In this document: positions 37,801 through 50,717 of the stretch, piece by piece | Layout: the number at the start of each line of letters is the position of its first letter | Position numbering within the stretch: position 1 is the stretch's first letter | From: Heterodontus francisci | Lineage: Eukaryota | Direction: 5' to 3' | DNA: 64,000 nt | Assembly: GCF_036365525.1 (NCBI RefSeq) | Contig: NC_090413.1 | Location: 15,422,151-15,486,150 of the forward strand | Made by a program: the position numbers and the translations under genes | The notes under the pieces: model-generated | The model's input: the letters and a program-made list of their open reading frames with translations, nothing else | What the model was told of the DNA's origin: nothing | Databases searched by the model: none

Positions 37801-39954
37801 CCACAATTTCTCTTATGGGCTCTGGCTTTGTTCTGGGTTTTTTTGCTTCCCTGAGGAGATCACTGGGCCACTGGCGGGGTGGTGGATGGCGGGGGAGGGG
37901 GTCTGGGGGGGCGGGGTCGGAGGGCAGGGGGCAGAAAAGAAATGTCTAGTCATAATGCTCCAGCCATCATGATGTAGGGAGCAGATTTAATGGACCAGCT
38001 GATCTTTTCCGTCTCTCAATGTTGTTCGTTAATGAAGGAAATCGGCCACTCCTTCACAGCTGATTTATGTGTAACTCTTAATGCCCTTTGTAGTTTCTTA
38101 GTAACCCACAACAGCAAGGGATGGACAATTAATGTGATCTCGCCAACTGTGTAAGTTGAAAATTACTTTTAAAGTGTTGCTGATGTTAAAAGGATAAATT
38201 TGAGCCCATAATGTTGTAGCCGTCAACAGTACAACATGAGCAACAGAACCTTCTTATCTGATCTCCTCGACCGCTTCAATGCTATGTTATTTACTGTTAA
38301 TGGATGGAGACCAAATGAAACTATGAAACTCTGGTTCAGACAGGATCCTGAATGCCTCATAGACCAAAGAGAGCTGAAACCAGCAGAAATCCACATCAAT
38401 ATTCATTACTCACACCCACCTTCAGAGTAAATCGCCAGCATTGTGATATTAATGTATTGTCAGAGAAACTCGGTTCCATCTCCATCACTCGTACAAAAGA
38501 AATGGGCTACGTCTATAAAAAGGGGATTCATGCAGTCTGAGATGATACTCAGACATCACGCCACACATAATCATCTCAATGACAATGCACTGCAAATCAC
38601 TGGAAAAAAGTGACATATCCACGCTCACCGAACAATGAGGACAACTCAAAGCATCAGTGTTTTAACACACTCGCACGTGCATGAATAGAGTACAAATGAG
38701 TGGCTGCCAGTGCCTAAGAGCTTTGAGTGCTTCCAGCCCCCAATTCAACTGTGACGTTGAAGCCTTTGACTCTCAGCGGTTTCCAATGCATAGGAAATGG
38801 ATTTACAGGCCCATTTTTATTTGGAAAAGCGAACATTAATTTTTTAAAAAGTGAATTTGTTGCCAAGGTGCATTAATTTCTGACCCCCTTCTCATTCCTC
38901 TAATGTATTCCTTCTATCAGTACACCTGCTCCCAGTTTGATGATGACTGCATGGCTCTCTGCTCGCAGTGCTACTCTACATCAGCCCAGAAGGAGTACAG
39001 GAGATGGTTTCCTATCTCTCTCCTTTGTCCTTTACCAGTCGCCTGTCCAAATCAAAATCACTGAAAGGAGGCATCCAAGAATTCTATTCACCACAGTACA
39101 AAAAGCATATTGCAGCTACTGAAGAGAGCAAGCAGAATGATTGAGGTTATAGAGGAATTGGATCATGAGGAGTGATGATGTAATTTGGGCATGCTCTCAT
39201 TGGAATTTCGAAGGGTGGGCTATGATATTATGTTAGGATTCTGAAGGAACTAGATAATGCAACTATGTCCAAAATAGTAGAACCAGAGGACATGGCCTGT
39301 GCTTGAAGTGGGGGTGGTAAAGTCAAAATTAATCTGTGGAAACAATATTTCAGTAAGCGAGTGGTCAATCTATGAGGAAGGCTGCCTTGGGTGGAAGCAG
39401 ATAGTATTGGTTCATTCAAACGCAAATTAGATATGTTTTTTTCAGAAAATAACAGCTTGGGATACAGTATATGAGCAATCTGAGTCCAGACCTGTGGTTA
39501 AATGTAGCATGCTTATGAGGCATGTGGCTTTGGACACTTGGTTCTCAAAGCTCTCCATCACTGGGGTTTTCCTTGCATTATGTCTGGGCTCTTGCAGATG
39601 AATTGATAGAGATTGATCACCATGATTAGTCAACAACTCTATTACTGTTGCATCACGCGACTGCCAGGATGGTAGGAGATGAACTAGATTTTGTCGTCAG
39701 CAATTCCTATGTGCCTATGATCTCAACTTCTACTCATTGTATGTCCCAACGAGTACCAGCAAGCTATTGATTTGTGGATCCTGTCCAATCCTGCCCTCAC
39801 ACAATATCCTCATATGTGCTGGGCTCACTGTTTAGCATCTTGAAGTAGGACAATGGACGATTTTTCCCCTTGCTCACCCAGGAGGTTCTAAGAGCCATGT
39901 CTGGATTTTCTAATCGGCACAAGTTTAATGCTAATGCTGCCATTTCAGCTTCAA

Positions 39955-40540
39955 TAGAATCACAGCATCATACAGCACAAAAGGAGGTCATTCGGCCCAT
40001 CGTACCTGTGCCAGCTCTTTGAAAGAGCTATCCAATTAGTCCCACTTCCCCCTGCTGTTGCCCCATAGTCCTGCAAATTTTTTTCCTTTCAAGTATTTAT
40101 CCAATTCCCTTTTGAAAGTTACTATTGAATCTGCTTCCACCGCCCTTTCAGGCAACGCATTTCACATGTTGCGAAGAAAGATTCTCTTCGTCTCCACCCG
40201 GTTCTTCTGACAATTATCTTAAATCTGTGTCCTTTGGTTCCCGACCCTTCTGCCGCGGAAACAGTTTCTTCTTATTTACTCTATCAAAACCATTCATAAT
40301 TTTGAACACCTCTATTAAATCTCCCCTTAACCGTCTCTGCTCTAAGGAGAGCAACACCAGCTTCTCTAGTCTCTCCACATAACTGAAATCCCTGAGATCA
40401 TTCTAATTTATATCCTTGGCACCTCGACAAGGCCTTGACATCTTTCTGAAAGTGTGATGCTCAACATTGGACATAATACTCCAGCTGGGGCCCGACCAGT
40501 GATTTATAAATGTTTAGCATAACCTCCTTGCTCTTGTATT
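39955..40540 (-). mobile_element. CR1 3' fragment
   Basis: Reverse CR1 tail and C-terminal coding motifs. Confidence 0.82.
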
Positions 40541-41274
40541 GTTCCTACACCAAATCTTGTTCTTCTCAAGCAGTAACTAAAGTTCCAGGGATAAAGTCCA
40601 TGCCTTCACAACAATACTTGAAGTCAATAAAGCCTGTATAAGACCTGCATAATGTTTGATAACACATAGTTCTAAGGTGATAACCTGACTTAGTAAGACA
40701 AAGGTTATACAGCATAAATATTCAAAAGCTAACCTCAAACTCCCTTTATTTTCTTCAAATTTTATATTTAATCTGGGTGATGTATAATTTTCTTGCACTT
40801 TATAAATACCTCTAACCATTTTGTTTCATAATACCAAACATAGCAAAACCAGAAATAATTGGAGCCTTATCTTCCAGAGAAATAATATTGTGGGATTTAA
40901 TTGCTTTTTTGCAGCAATGTAATAACTAAATCCGGTAAGATTTAATCTTGTTGCATCAGTAATTTCATTGCACCATCAACAGAAGGAAGCCAACAGGACG
41001 ATGGAATATCCTTTGGTGACTTCAGTGTCTGGGCCCAGTGACTTAAGTGTGACCTTGGAACATCTATGGTGGCACCAGGGAGATCTTCCAGTGTTGATTC
41101 TGCAATAAAGGAAGCTACAACTTGGAGTCTGAGATGGAACTTGATCACTGACTGAAGCATTTGGCTTTTCAGCAAATGGTTGGCACTCCATCCTTTGCAA
41201 TTGGTGAATAAGCACAGGAAAAGGCCCAATAGGCTCAACCACTTTCAAAGATTGCTGCCCATCTGCAAACCTTC

Positions 41275-41410
41275 TCACCATATCCCTCAATCCCACCTAC
41301 CCAGATTATCCCTCAACCTCATCTACCCATCATATCCCTCAACCTCACCTACCCACCTTATCCCTCAATCCTACCTACCCACCTTCTCATCATATCCCTC
41401 AATCCCAGCT
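41275..41410. repeat. Pyrimidine-rich minisatellite (~26 bp)
   Basis: Repeating TATCCCTCAA(T/C)C(C/T)CACCTACCC. Confidence 0.85.
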
Positions 41411-41689
41411 CCTTAACAGAGCTCAGCCTGTCCTTGCAGTGTTTTCTGTTAATATCCACATCCAAATTCCAATCAGTTCTCCTGGTGTACTCCAGAAATG
41501 GGAAAAACACTTTGTAATATCGATGCCATATTCTTTCTGACCCCCACTGCCCTTTGAGTGAAAAAAGTGATCAACTCCCCTCTAACCCTTCCACCAATTA
41601 TTCTATCTAGGCCCCATTTAATTCTATACATCTCAGTTAAATCCTGCCTCAGCCTCCTCTGTTCCAAAGAGAACAGCCCCCTAACCATG

Positions 41690-41985
41690 ACAGGTTGTGA
41701 AATTGAATTCGATACATTGGGGAATTTGTAGGATGGCACCAAAACAACAATAACTACAAAACCCAACTGGTTCACCAAAGTCCTTCAGTAAAGGGAACCT
41801 GCCAGCATGAATCCAGCCCAGCCAACACGTCTATACTATCATAGTTGATTCAATGAACTCTAGTCGCCTAACAAGCCTCTGAGTTGTACAAACAGACACT
41901 AAAAAGGTCCACCATCACCTTCTTGGCCAATTAGGAATGGGAAATAAATGAGGCCTTTTCAGCATCGCTCACATCTCAAAAACAA
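41690..41985 (+). mobile_element. Old degenerate copy of the 20285-type SINE
   Basis: AAAACCCAACTGGTTCACCAAAGTCCTTCAGTAAGGGAACCTGCC ... AATTAGGAATGGGAAATAAATG. Confidence 0.6.
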
Positions 41986-42350
41986 ACGTAATAAAGAGTA
42001 GAAAGATGCTAACCTGGTAGTTTACAATCATTGGCAATTGTGGAACTGCAGTGAGGCTTCATATGTCAATTGATCCAGAACTGTTCAAGGATATGTGAGG
42101 TTATGTATAACTTATTCAGCTGTAAAAGGTGAACATCTGTATTAGCGGCCATAGTCATGATAATAATAGTGGTGACGCTGGCAGCGGGCACTATAGGGCA
42201 GAGGTTGGACGCCTCTGTTGCCATTGTGGAGCTTCACTGGACACAAAAGCAGGATGCGGAATCCAAGTCCCAAGGCTGTAGGTCTTTCTCTGACCCCTAG
42301 CATGTGCACTTTAGATAACTGAGTCCAGGCTTAGGCCTGCCATCAAAGGT

Positions 42351-42720
42351 ATCAGCCGTGGCTCAGTTGGTAGCTTCCCCCACCTCTGTGGGGGAAGGTT
42401 ATGACCTCAAGAGCCACTCTAGAGACTTTAGCACATTCAGTTCAGCACTGAGGGAGTGTTGCACTGTTGGACATAACCCTCTTTCAGGTGAGATGTTAAA
42501 CCCAGGCCCTGTCTGCCCTCTTAGGTGAACTTAAAAGATCTCATGGCACTATTTGAGGGAGAGCAGAGGATTGCTCCCTGGCGTCTTGGCCAATATTTAT
42601 CCCTCAACAAACACCTTTAAAAAAACAGGTTATCTCGTAATTATCGCGTTACTGTTTGTGGGATCTTGCTGTGTGGATTGGCTGCGGTATTTCCTACATT
42701 GCAACAGTGGCTACACTTTC
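42351..42720 (+). mobile_element. Deu-domain SINE
   Basis: TCAGCCGTGGCTCAGTTGGTAGC head; CTGAGGGAGTGTTGCACTG, TGGCCAATATTTATCCCTCAAC. Confidence 0.8.
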
Positions 42721-42839
42721 TTCAATGCTCGCTGTCCATGCTTAATCACGACGGACAGTCTTTCGAGTGCGTCATCAGAGGACGCCGTAAAATTGTGGAA
42801 TAGAACCTCAGCAAGACTCAACTGCCTTACAGAAACATA

Positions 42840-43672
42840 GGGCTGGATTTTAGCAGCCCGTCGCTGATCTCGGCAGTGAGTTCAGAAAAATGGTGGCCCG
42901 CATGCCAAAGAGCTGCCGCGAACCTAAGGGCGGCAGCTCATTTAAATAGCCAGGGTGATCCGCCACGCCCCCCAGTCTCGTGGAGAGGGTGGGCTGTCCA
43001 TCCCCGGCAATGGCGTCAGCTGCCTGTGTGCAGGCACTGGAGCCATTTTTAAAGGGGAGCCAGCCCTGCCGCCCAATTTACATTTTTTAAGTCCTACCCC
43101 CAAAATCAAATAAATAAATTTCGAACGCCTCTTTCCCATCCCCCCAATGACAATTACAATAACTATTTGCCCTTCCGACCCCCAAAAACGCTTACCTTTA
43201 ACATCTGACCTTGCCTGCCCCAAGCTGCACAAAGTTTAAAGGTCAATCCTTCCCACCATCCCCTACACCCATTACGTCCACTACACCCACTTGACCCCTC
43301 CCCACCCCCACCCTCCCCCCTCCCCCAGCACTGATAAACTTACCTCCATCCCCCCCTCCCCATCATTTCCCTGGACGGGGATTTGAAGGCGTGGGAGTGC
43401 CGGCCACTGTGCCAAAGATCGCGGCGAGCACTCAAGATCGCAGGTAAGTTTATTTAAATTTATCATTTTTATTCATTTGAATATTTAAATTGTGGTCCCG
43501 TTGCCCAGCGGCTGGGGGTGGGTGGGCGGGGCTGCCACGGATTCTCACCGCCATTGGGAGGATTGGTCTGAGCCCTCTCGAAGTCGAGGTCCCAGGCGAG
43601 CCTCATCGTGAGCCATCTTCAGGCCATCCCCGCCAGGAACCCGACACCTGGGGGGAGAACAAAATCCAGCCC
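42840..43672. mobile_element. Harbinger-type MITE
   Basis: TIRs GGGCTGGATTTT / AAAATCCAGCCC with 3-bp TSD ATA. Internally similar to 19475-20251. Confidence 0.88.
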
Positions 43673-43937
43673 ATAGAATGGCTACAACACAGAAGCAGGT
43701 AATTCAGCCCATCGTGTTCGTGCCAGCTTTCTGCAACAGCAAGTAGTTCCACTCCCCAGCCTTTTCCCTGTAGCTGTGCAAATTTATTTCCATTCACATA
43801 TTTATCCAATTCCCCTTCGAAAGCCATGATTGAATCTGCCTCCACCACACTCTCAGGCCGTGCATTTCAGATTCAAACCACTTGCTGAGGTGTCCTTTGG
43901 TTTTCATGGAGAAAACTGGCAAATGAAAACAAGGCCT

Positions 43938-44200
43938 GGGGATCTGGATGGCCAACTGACTTTGGCAATGACCTTTCACCTACGGGATCAGGGTTCCAAT
44001 TCAGCACACACTGATGGGATAAAATCTGTCTACGAGACTCAGGCGAAATGAGTTTGTGCATCCTCAACCAAGGCACAAGGCACAAAGAAAGTGCCGAGAA
44101 GTTGGGACTAATTGGCATACTTACTGAGGAAAGTGTCACACTGGTGCAGGAGAAGGTGCTCCCTGAGATAGGAAGAGGTTGATGCAGCGAAAAGTGATCT
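43938..44200 (+). mobile_element. Ancient LF-SINE-like element
   Basis: GGGGATCTGGATGGC, CCTTTCACCT, GGGTTCCAATTCAGC, GAAATGAGTTTG, GGACTAATTGGCA are collinear with the recalled LF-SINE consensus. Confidence 0.5.
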
Positions 44201-44939
44201 TGGGAGTGACTTGGAATGCATGACTCTAACATCTTACAGCGAATTACCCCATAGAAGGAGACCATTCAGCCCATCACGTCTGTGCCGTCTCTTTGAAAGA
44301 GTGATCCAATAGACCCCATCACCCTGCAAATTTTTCCTTTTTTAAATACGTTTCCAATTCCCTTTTGACAGTCACTACTGAATCTGTTTCCACCACTCTT
44401 TCAGGCAGGGCAGTCAGGATTATAACAGCTCGCTACGGGAATAAACAAATTCTCTTAAACTCTCCTCTGGTTCTTTTGCCAATTCTCTTAACTCTGTGTC
44501 CTCTGGCTACCAATCCTACTGCGAATGGAACAGTTTCTCCCTATATCAAAACCCTTCAAATCTTAAAGAAAATGGAGCCTGAGGACTCGAAACTCTCCAG
44601 CTGTGTGTTCAGCTCTCTCCAGCTCTTATATAAAAGCACACGACACTTCAACATAAAATAACACAATTGGCCCAAGTGGATAGCACACTACTAATGGTTT
44701 CCCTTTCAAAACACTAACCCCGTCTCTGATCAATTAACATCTGTTATACACAGATTGCCCATCTCAATAACAAGCTGCTGTAGTGCCTCCAGTCATATCT
44801 GGATGGCTTCCGTCACTGTTTCAGCACACTTTCCATGCTGTCGGAATTTTCAATTGCAACTGGCCTGTGTGTATAAGCCTTGTAGAGCTGTAGCTATAAA
44901 AGCTATAAACATAAATCAGAGGAAACAGAACAGGTAGAA

Positions 44940-47320
44940 ATGAAAACAGAAAATGTTGGAAACACTCAACCAGTTTGGCAGCATCTGTGGAGAGAGAAAA
45001 CAGACCATGTTTCAGGTCAGTGAACTTCTGTTAGAACTGGAAAATGTTAGAGGTGTAACAGGTTTTAAGCAAGTACAGAGGCAGGGAAAGTGGGGAGGGG
45101 AGGAAGGAACAAAAGGGACGCTCTGTAATAGGGTGGGGGACAGGAGAGATTACACGGCAAAAGGGATGACGGTGCAAGGCAAAAGGAGAAGGGAATAGGA
45201 CAAGTAAAGAAATAAAAGATTGGACTACAGAAGGTGTGAATGTAAATTACAGATTCATCAGCAACAGCTGCCATCTGAAAATAAATAGGAGCAGAAGTTA
45301 TGGTTTGAAATTGTTGAACTCACTGTTGAATCTAGAGGGTTGTAAAGTATCTAATGGAAAGATCGTTCCTCGAGCTTATGTTGAGCTTCATTGGAACAGT
45401 AAGAGGCTGAGTTGAGGTCAGAGTGGGAGTGGAGCGGAGAATTAAAATGACAAGCGACCGGAATCTCAAAGTCACACTTGCGGTCTGCACGGAGGTGTTC
45501 TGTAAGGTGGTCGCCCAAACTGCATTTGGTCCCTCCAGTCTACAGGAGATCACACTGTCAGCTGTAAATATAGTGTAAAGAAGTACAAGTAAATGGCTGT
45601 TTCACTTGGAAGGAGTGTTTGGAGTCCCGGACAGTGAGAAGGGAGGAGGTAAATGGGCAGGTGTTGCATCTCCTGCGCTTGCATGGAAAGGTGTCGTAGG
45701 AACAGGAGGGGATTTTGGGAGCAATTGAGGAGTGGGCCAGGATGTTGTGGAGGGAACAGTCCCTTCGGAATACTGAAAGGGGAGGGGACGGGAAGATGTG
45801 TTTGCTCATGACATCATGCTGGAGGTGGCATAAATGGATGATCTGCTTAATAAGGAGACTGGTGGGGTGGCAGGTGAGGACAAGGGGAACCTCTCATGGC
45901 TCTAGGAGGGAGAGCAAGAGGTAAGAGCAGAAGTACGTGAAATAGAATGGATACAACTGAGGGCCCTGCTGATCACAGTGGAGAGGAAGACATATCGGAA
46001 GAGCTGGTATAGAAGGTGGCAACGTCAGGACAGATGTGATGGAGATGGAGAGACTTGGAGAGTAGAATAAAGTCCTCACGAGAAGCAGGGTGTGAGGAAG
46101 CGTAGTCAATGCACCTGTGGGAGTCGGTAGGCTTGCAATGGATATTGGTTGTCATGAAGACCCCACCTGCCAAGAATGAGGCATATTAATTTTGTCATTA
46201 ATTTTAAACTGTTGCTGGACTGAAACGATAACTTGTTTAAAGAGATCACAGCAGTGGCTGGAAACATTTTTGCATACTAAGAGACAGTTGCCTGGAGAGA
46301 CAATAAAACTGCTCCCTGATCCAATTAACCCAAATGGATTTTGAGCACCAGACATTGAATTTGGAACAAGTCAGCATTCCATTCCCCTCCACCTCCCCCC
46401 CCCCCCCCTCCACTGCGGGTATCTGCCAAGATGAAAGGAATACACAAAAACGTAGGAGGGTTTGTTACAAAACAACTAGTCACATGACTAACCTGCTGGC
46501 CCAGGTTTGGTTTTGAACTGCTCACAGAACAGTTTGGGTCAGACTGCAACTGAACTTGAAGAAAGAGCCTCTCTCCTGCTTGGCGCTCTCTCTCTCTCCC
46601 TCTCATGAATTTCCAGATCCACTGAAGGCACTTAAACCTCAAGAGAGAAGACTCTTACATTGAAACAAGTTTGAAAGCGTCCACTGGGCCCTAACTTAAC
46701 GGCAAGATTTAACTGCAATCAAAGACTCTACATCAAACTCAAAGGATAGTAAACGGACCCCAGCTATTGCTTCAAACTTTTCCCCTTCATTATTACTCCT
46801 TTTCTGTTTCTATCTGCTTGTGTGTTTATCGTGTATACATGCTAGCCTGGTCGTGTCGTATAATCATAGTCTTTTTAACCAAATTAGAGTTTTAAGATTA
46901 ATAAACTTACACCTTTCTTGTTTAAATCTAAGAAAACCTGTCTGGTTGATTTATTTGCCTTACAAATGGAGAGCAGTGAACAAAGATTCACTAAGGGGGA
47001 GTTAAAAACAGAGTTTTAGAAATTAAAACCTGTTGCGGTCAAACCAGGAAAAGGCCGAGAGGGAGCCCCTCGACCCCTTTCTCACTTGGTCGCAACATTA
47101 GTTCTCAGCCTGTCCCCAAAATAGAGACAGAGAAGTCAAAGAAGGTAAGGGAAAAGTCAGAGATGGACCATGTAAAGGTGAGAGAAGGATGGAACTTGCA
47201 AAAAGAGTCAATGAAATTTTCCAGTTCAGGGCGAGAGCAGAAAACAGCACGAGGGAGAGGGCCTGAGTAGGGCTGAAACCTATTCTATGAAAAGGCAGGC
47301 ATAGCTAAAACCCATAGCTA
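44940..47320 (-). mobile_element. Decayed Penelope-like retroelement (RT, GIY-YIG linker, 3' pLTR with dead hammerhead)
   Basis: AMG..SYACLF; FHPSLTFTWSIS..FFDFSVSI; NIHCKPTDSH..SSHP; FRRDCSL..CKRRRCNTC..FTCTS. The pLTR has CTAACAGAAG...CTGAAAC. Confidence 0.88.
46150..47097 (+). mobile_element. Solo LTR inserted in the Penelope RT
   Basis: TGTCATG...CGCAACA termini, internal AATAAA near 46900, TSD TTGGT/TTAGT. The Penelope reading frame resumes on both sides. Confidence 0.82.
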
Positions 47321-47324
47321 AATC

Positions 47325-47875
47325 CAGTGAACATCAACGCAAGCTCGAGGAACAGCATGTCATCTACCGATTAGGCACACGACAGCCTGCCGGACTGAAC
47401 ATTGAGTTCAATAATTTCAGAGCATGACGGGCCCCCCATTTTACTTTTATTTTTAGTTATTTTTTTCTTTTTCCTTTTTTTATACTTTTTTTGTGTTTGT
47501 TTAATTTATTTCATCTTAGTTTGTTCAGTTTGCTTACCCACTGTTTTTTTTCATGTTTGTACTTGCGGCTGTTCAATTTTCAGTCCGTTAACACCCTATC
47601 TGTACTAATGCTTTGTCATTCAACATACCATTAACATATTGTTTGCCTTTGTTCCATGACCTTCTGGTCAGCTATTCTGTGACCTTGTCCTATCTACACC
47701 TTCTCCTTTGTTATCTCTTGCCCCACCCCCCGCTTTACTTGCTTAAAACTTTTTACATTTCTAATATTTGCCAGTTCTGAAGAAGGGTCACTGACCTGAA
47801 ACGTTGACTCTGCTTCTCTCTCCACAGATGCTGCCAGACCTGCTGAGTATTTCCAGCATTTCTTGCTTTTATTAT
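47325..47875 (+). mobile_element. Penelope-like 3' end (ORF C-terminus plus pLTR), inverted relative to 44940-47320
   Basis: SEHQRKLEEQHVIYRLGTRQPAGLNIEFNNFRA*, then a T-rich UTR and hammerhead. Confidence 0.88.
47773..47809 (+). ncRNA. Minimal type I hammerhead ribozyme motif (intact core)
   Basis: AGTT-CTGAAGA-AGGGTCACTGACCT-GAAAC-GTT-GACT: stem I AGTT/GACT, stem II hairpin, palindromic ACGT stem III. Confidence 0.75.
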
Positions 47876-48399
47876 AACTGAAACCCATATGGATTCTTAT
47901 AGTAATGCCTTTATTTGGAGGAAGTGAGTGAAGTCAAAGGAAAAATCGTTCAATGTGAGAACAAGTTCAGCCAGGTGTCGGAGGGTGGTGGTGGATGGGG
48001 ACTGGTTGGAACCTTCATTGCGTCTCTCTTCTGAGTGGAAAATGAGGATTCATGGCACGGATGGGAGGCAGATGCCCAGTGCCTGATTTGTGCCTGCATT
48101 ACTGCTAAAGGTGGCTTTGCAGGCGTCCCAGGTGACTTTCCTGAAACAGGCGTGAGGATCCCTTGCATGTGTTAAGGAAGGAACCAATGCCTGTTTGAGG
48201 ACCTCCTTACCAAATTAAACTTCCTTGAGCGGAGCAGGTTTCGGGCTCCAGGATTCCTGTCCTGGATGCGGCCTAGTATGAACAGCAGTGCTCCACCCTC
48301 TCTAGAGCACCATGTTATAGAGAGTAAGGCAGACTACCACAGTGACTGAGACCCTTGAGGGAGGGTATTGGAGGGCAGCACCCAAGTAGTGCAACTCAG

Positions 48400-50163
48400 T
48401 CGCAACTTTGGCCTGCATAATATTTGTCTGACGGAGTAGGTGGCATTGGTTGTATCACCTCCGTGCCTCTGTCTGGGGCTCCCAGAGAGAGGTCAGTAGC
48501 CATCTCTTTAAGGGATATTCCTTGTCCCGGAGGATCCATCCACACATTTTGGGGGTTGGAGTGAAGATCTGGCGGAGGTTGAAGGAATCATGGCAGCTGC
48601 CAGGAAAGTAAGCATACACATGGAGGAAGTTTTTGTTGTGGTGACAGATCAGTTGGATGTTGAGGGAGTGGAAATCCTTCCTGTTGATGTATATCACTGG
48701 GTGGTCACTGGGTGCCATGATAGCCACATGGGTGCAATTAATGATGGCCTGCACCAACAATGGAGGTGAAACCCAATGTCCTCTGTATTTGTGAGGCCAT
48801 GTCTGTCATTAAATTTAGTTTTAGTTTTAGTTTTAGAGATACAGCACTGAAACAGGCCCTTCGGCCCACCGAGTCTGTGCCAACCATCAACCACCCATTT
48901 ATACTAATCCTACACTAATCCCATATTCCTACCACATCCCCACCTGTCCCTATATTTCCCTACCACCTACCTATACTAGGGGCAATTTATAATGGCCAAT
49001 TAACCTATCAACCTGCAAGTCTTTGGCATGTGGGAGGAAACCGGAGCACCCGGAGGAAACCCATGCAGACACAGGGAGAACTTGCAAACTCCACACAGGC
49101 AGTACCCAGAATTGAACCCAGGTCGCTGGAGCTGTGAGGCTGCGGTGCTAACCACTGCGCCACTGTGCCGCCCAAATGAAGGCACTGTCCAGATCTGTCA
49201 AAAAGGGCATCAATGACCAGCGAGATGCAGCAACTTTTGAGATGCCACCAAGGTCCAGAACTGATCCTTGGAAGGAGCCAGAGGTGAAGAAGTTCAACAC
49301 CACATTGACGTTGACTGCCACTGGCAGGGCATAGTGACCAGTGCTGCAAGATGCAAGGTCTCTGGCAACAAGGGGGCAGATGTCTGTGACCATCTGCCTG
49401 GAGAGTCTCAGTCTCCTGCCACACTGGTTCTTGGTGATCTCCAGGTTGCTCCGTCTTCGGTGGTAGATCCTGTGGTAATGGTTTGGCCTCCATTGCCTTC
49501 CTGCCTCTCTTTTCTCTCCCATGGCCTGATGCCTGGGGTTCTGTCCTTCCTGAGGAGGGTCTTTCCCCTCATTGCTACTGGGCCCAAAAATCTGACAGTC
49601 ATGCCCTCATTGCCAGCTAGACTCTTCCTTCTGGGCAGGTGACTGTCCAATTGTCCTTGGCAGCCTTGCCCCCTAATCTTCTGTACCCGAGATGCCGGAA
49701 AGGGGTGTTCCGACCCCACTCAAAGCCTGGGCGCTGACAGCTTACTCTCCCTGCCACCTTGCAATGCCAAGGGTACCCCCTTACCAAGCGGCCAGTCCCC
49801 TTTGTCCTACTGACCCTCTTATGGGGCCAGGGCACTGCTCTGGGGCAGCCATGACTGACTCTCCCCACCACGTACCCGGCTCCTCTCAGCTGTTCAAAAC
49901 TGACATCTTCAGACACTCTTGTGCACCTTTAAATATTTCACACTTCCCCTTCAACAAGCTTAAATGAGCTTTATAACAAGTTTAATTGGCCTCAATGAGC
50001 AGGATTCAAGTCCTGTCCTCCCTTCCCCCGGTGATTATTACTGGCGTTGGGATCGGCGCCTTGAAATTGACACATCTCCCGGCATTGGTATTTTTGTGGC
50101 CCGTTCCCCCCCCACCCCCGCACCCTCTGTTCCTGACTTCTGGGCGCCCCTATAATTCAGCCC
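48400..50163 (-). mobile_element. Decayed PIF/Harbinger transposon with transposase remnant and one TIR
   Basis: NCTHVAI..YINRKDFHSLNIQLIC..FPGSCHDS..GWILRDKEYPL; LNFFTSGSFQG. Ends in ATAATTCAGCCC (50163). Confidence 0.88.
48815..49173 (-). mobile_element. Full-length HE1-type SINE inside the Harbinger transposase
   Basis: Begins GGGCGGCACAGTGGCGCAGTGG, ends in (CTAAAA)n, flanked by AAAT. Confidence 0.93.
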
Positions 50164-50164
50164 A

Positions 50165-50717
50165 CAGAATCATAACAGCAGAGAAGCAAACCATTCATTC
50201 ATTATGTCCATGCTAACTCTCTGCAGAGAAATCCAATCAGTCCCATTCCCCCGCTTGATCCCCGTAGCCCTGTAAGTTTATTTCCCTCAAGTGCCCATCC
50301 AATTTCCTTTTGAAATCATTGATTGTCTCCGCTTCCACCACCCTCATGGGCAGCGAGTTCCAGGTCATTACCACTCGCTGCGTAAAAATGTTTTTCCTCA
50401 CATCCCCCTTGCATCTCTTGCCTGAAACCTTAAATTTGTGTCCCCTAGTCCTTGTACCATCAGTTAATGGGAACAGCTTTTCTTTGCCTTATCTAAACGT
50501 GTCATAATCTTGTACACCTCTATCAAATCTTCCTTTAATCTCATTTGCTTCAGAGAGAACAACCCCAGCTTCACCAACCTAACCTTGTAACTAAAATCCC
50601 TCATCCCTGGCGCCATTCTGGTAAATTTCCTCTGCACCCTCTCTAGGACCCTCACATCCTTCCTAAGGTGTGGTGACCAGAACTGGATGCAATACTCTAG
50701 TTGCGGCCTGACCAGAG
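50165..50717 (-). mobile_element. CR1 3' fragment
   Basis: VLERVQRKFTRMAPG; same subfamily as the 34045 tail. Confidence 0.88.

Noticed and set aside
48455-48760. Domesticated HARBI1 gene
   Set aside because: Frameshifts, altered catalytic motifs, SINE insertion and a TIR show it is a dead transposon.
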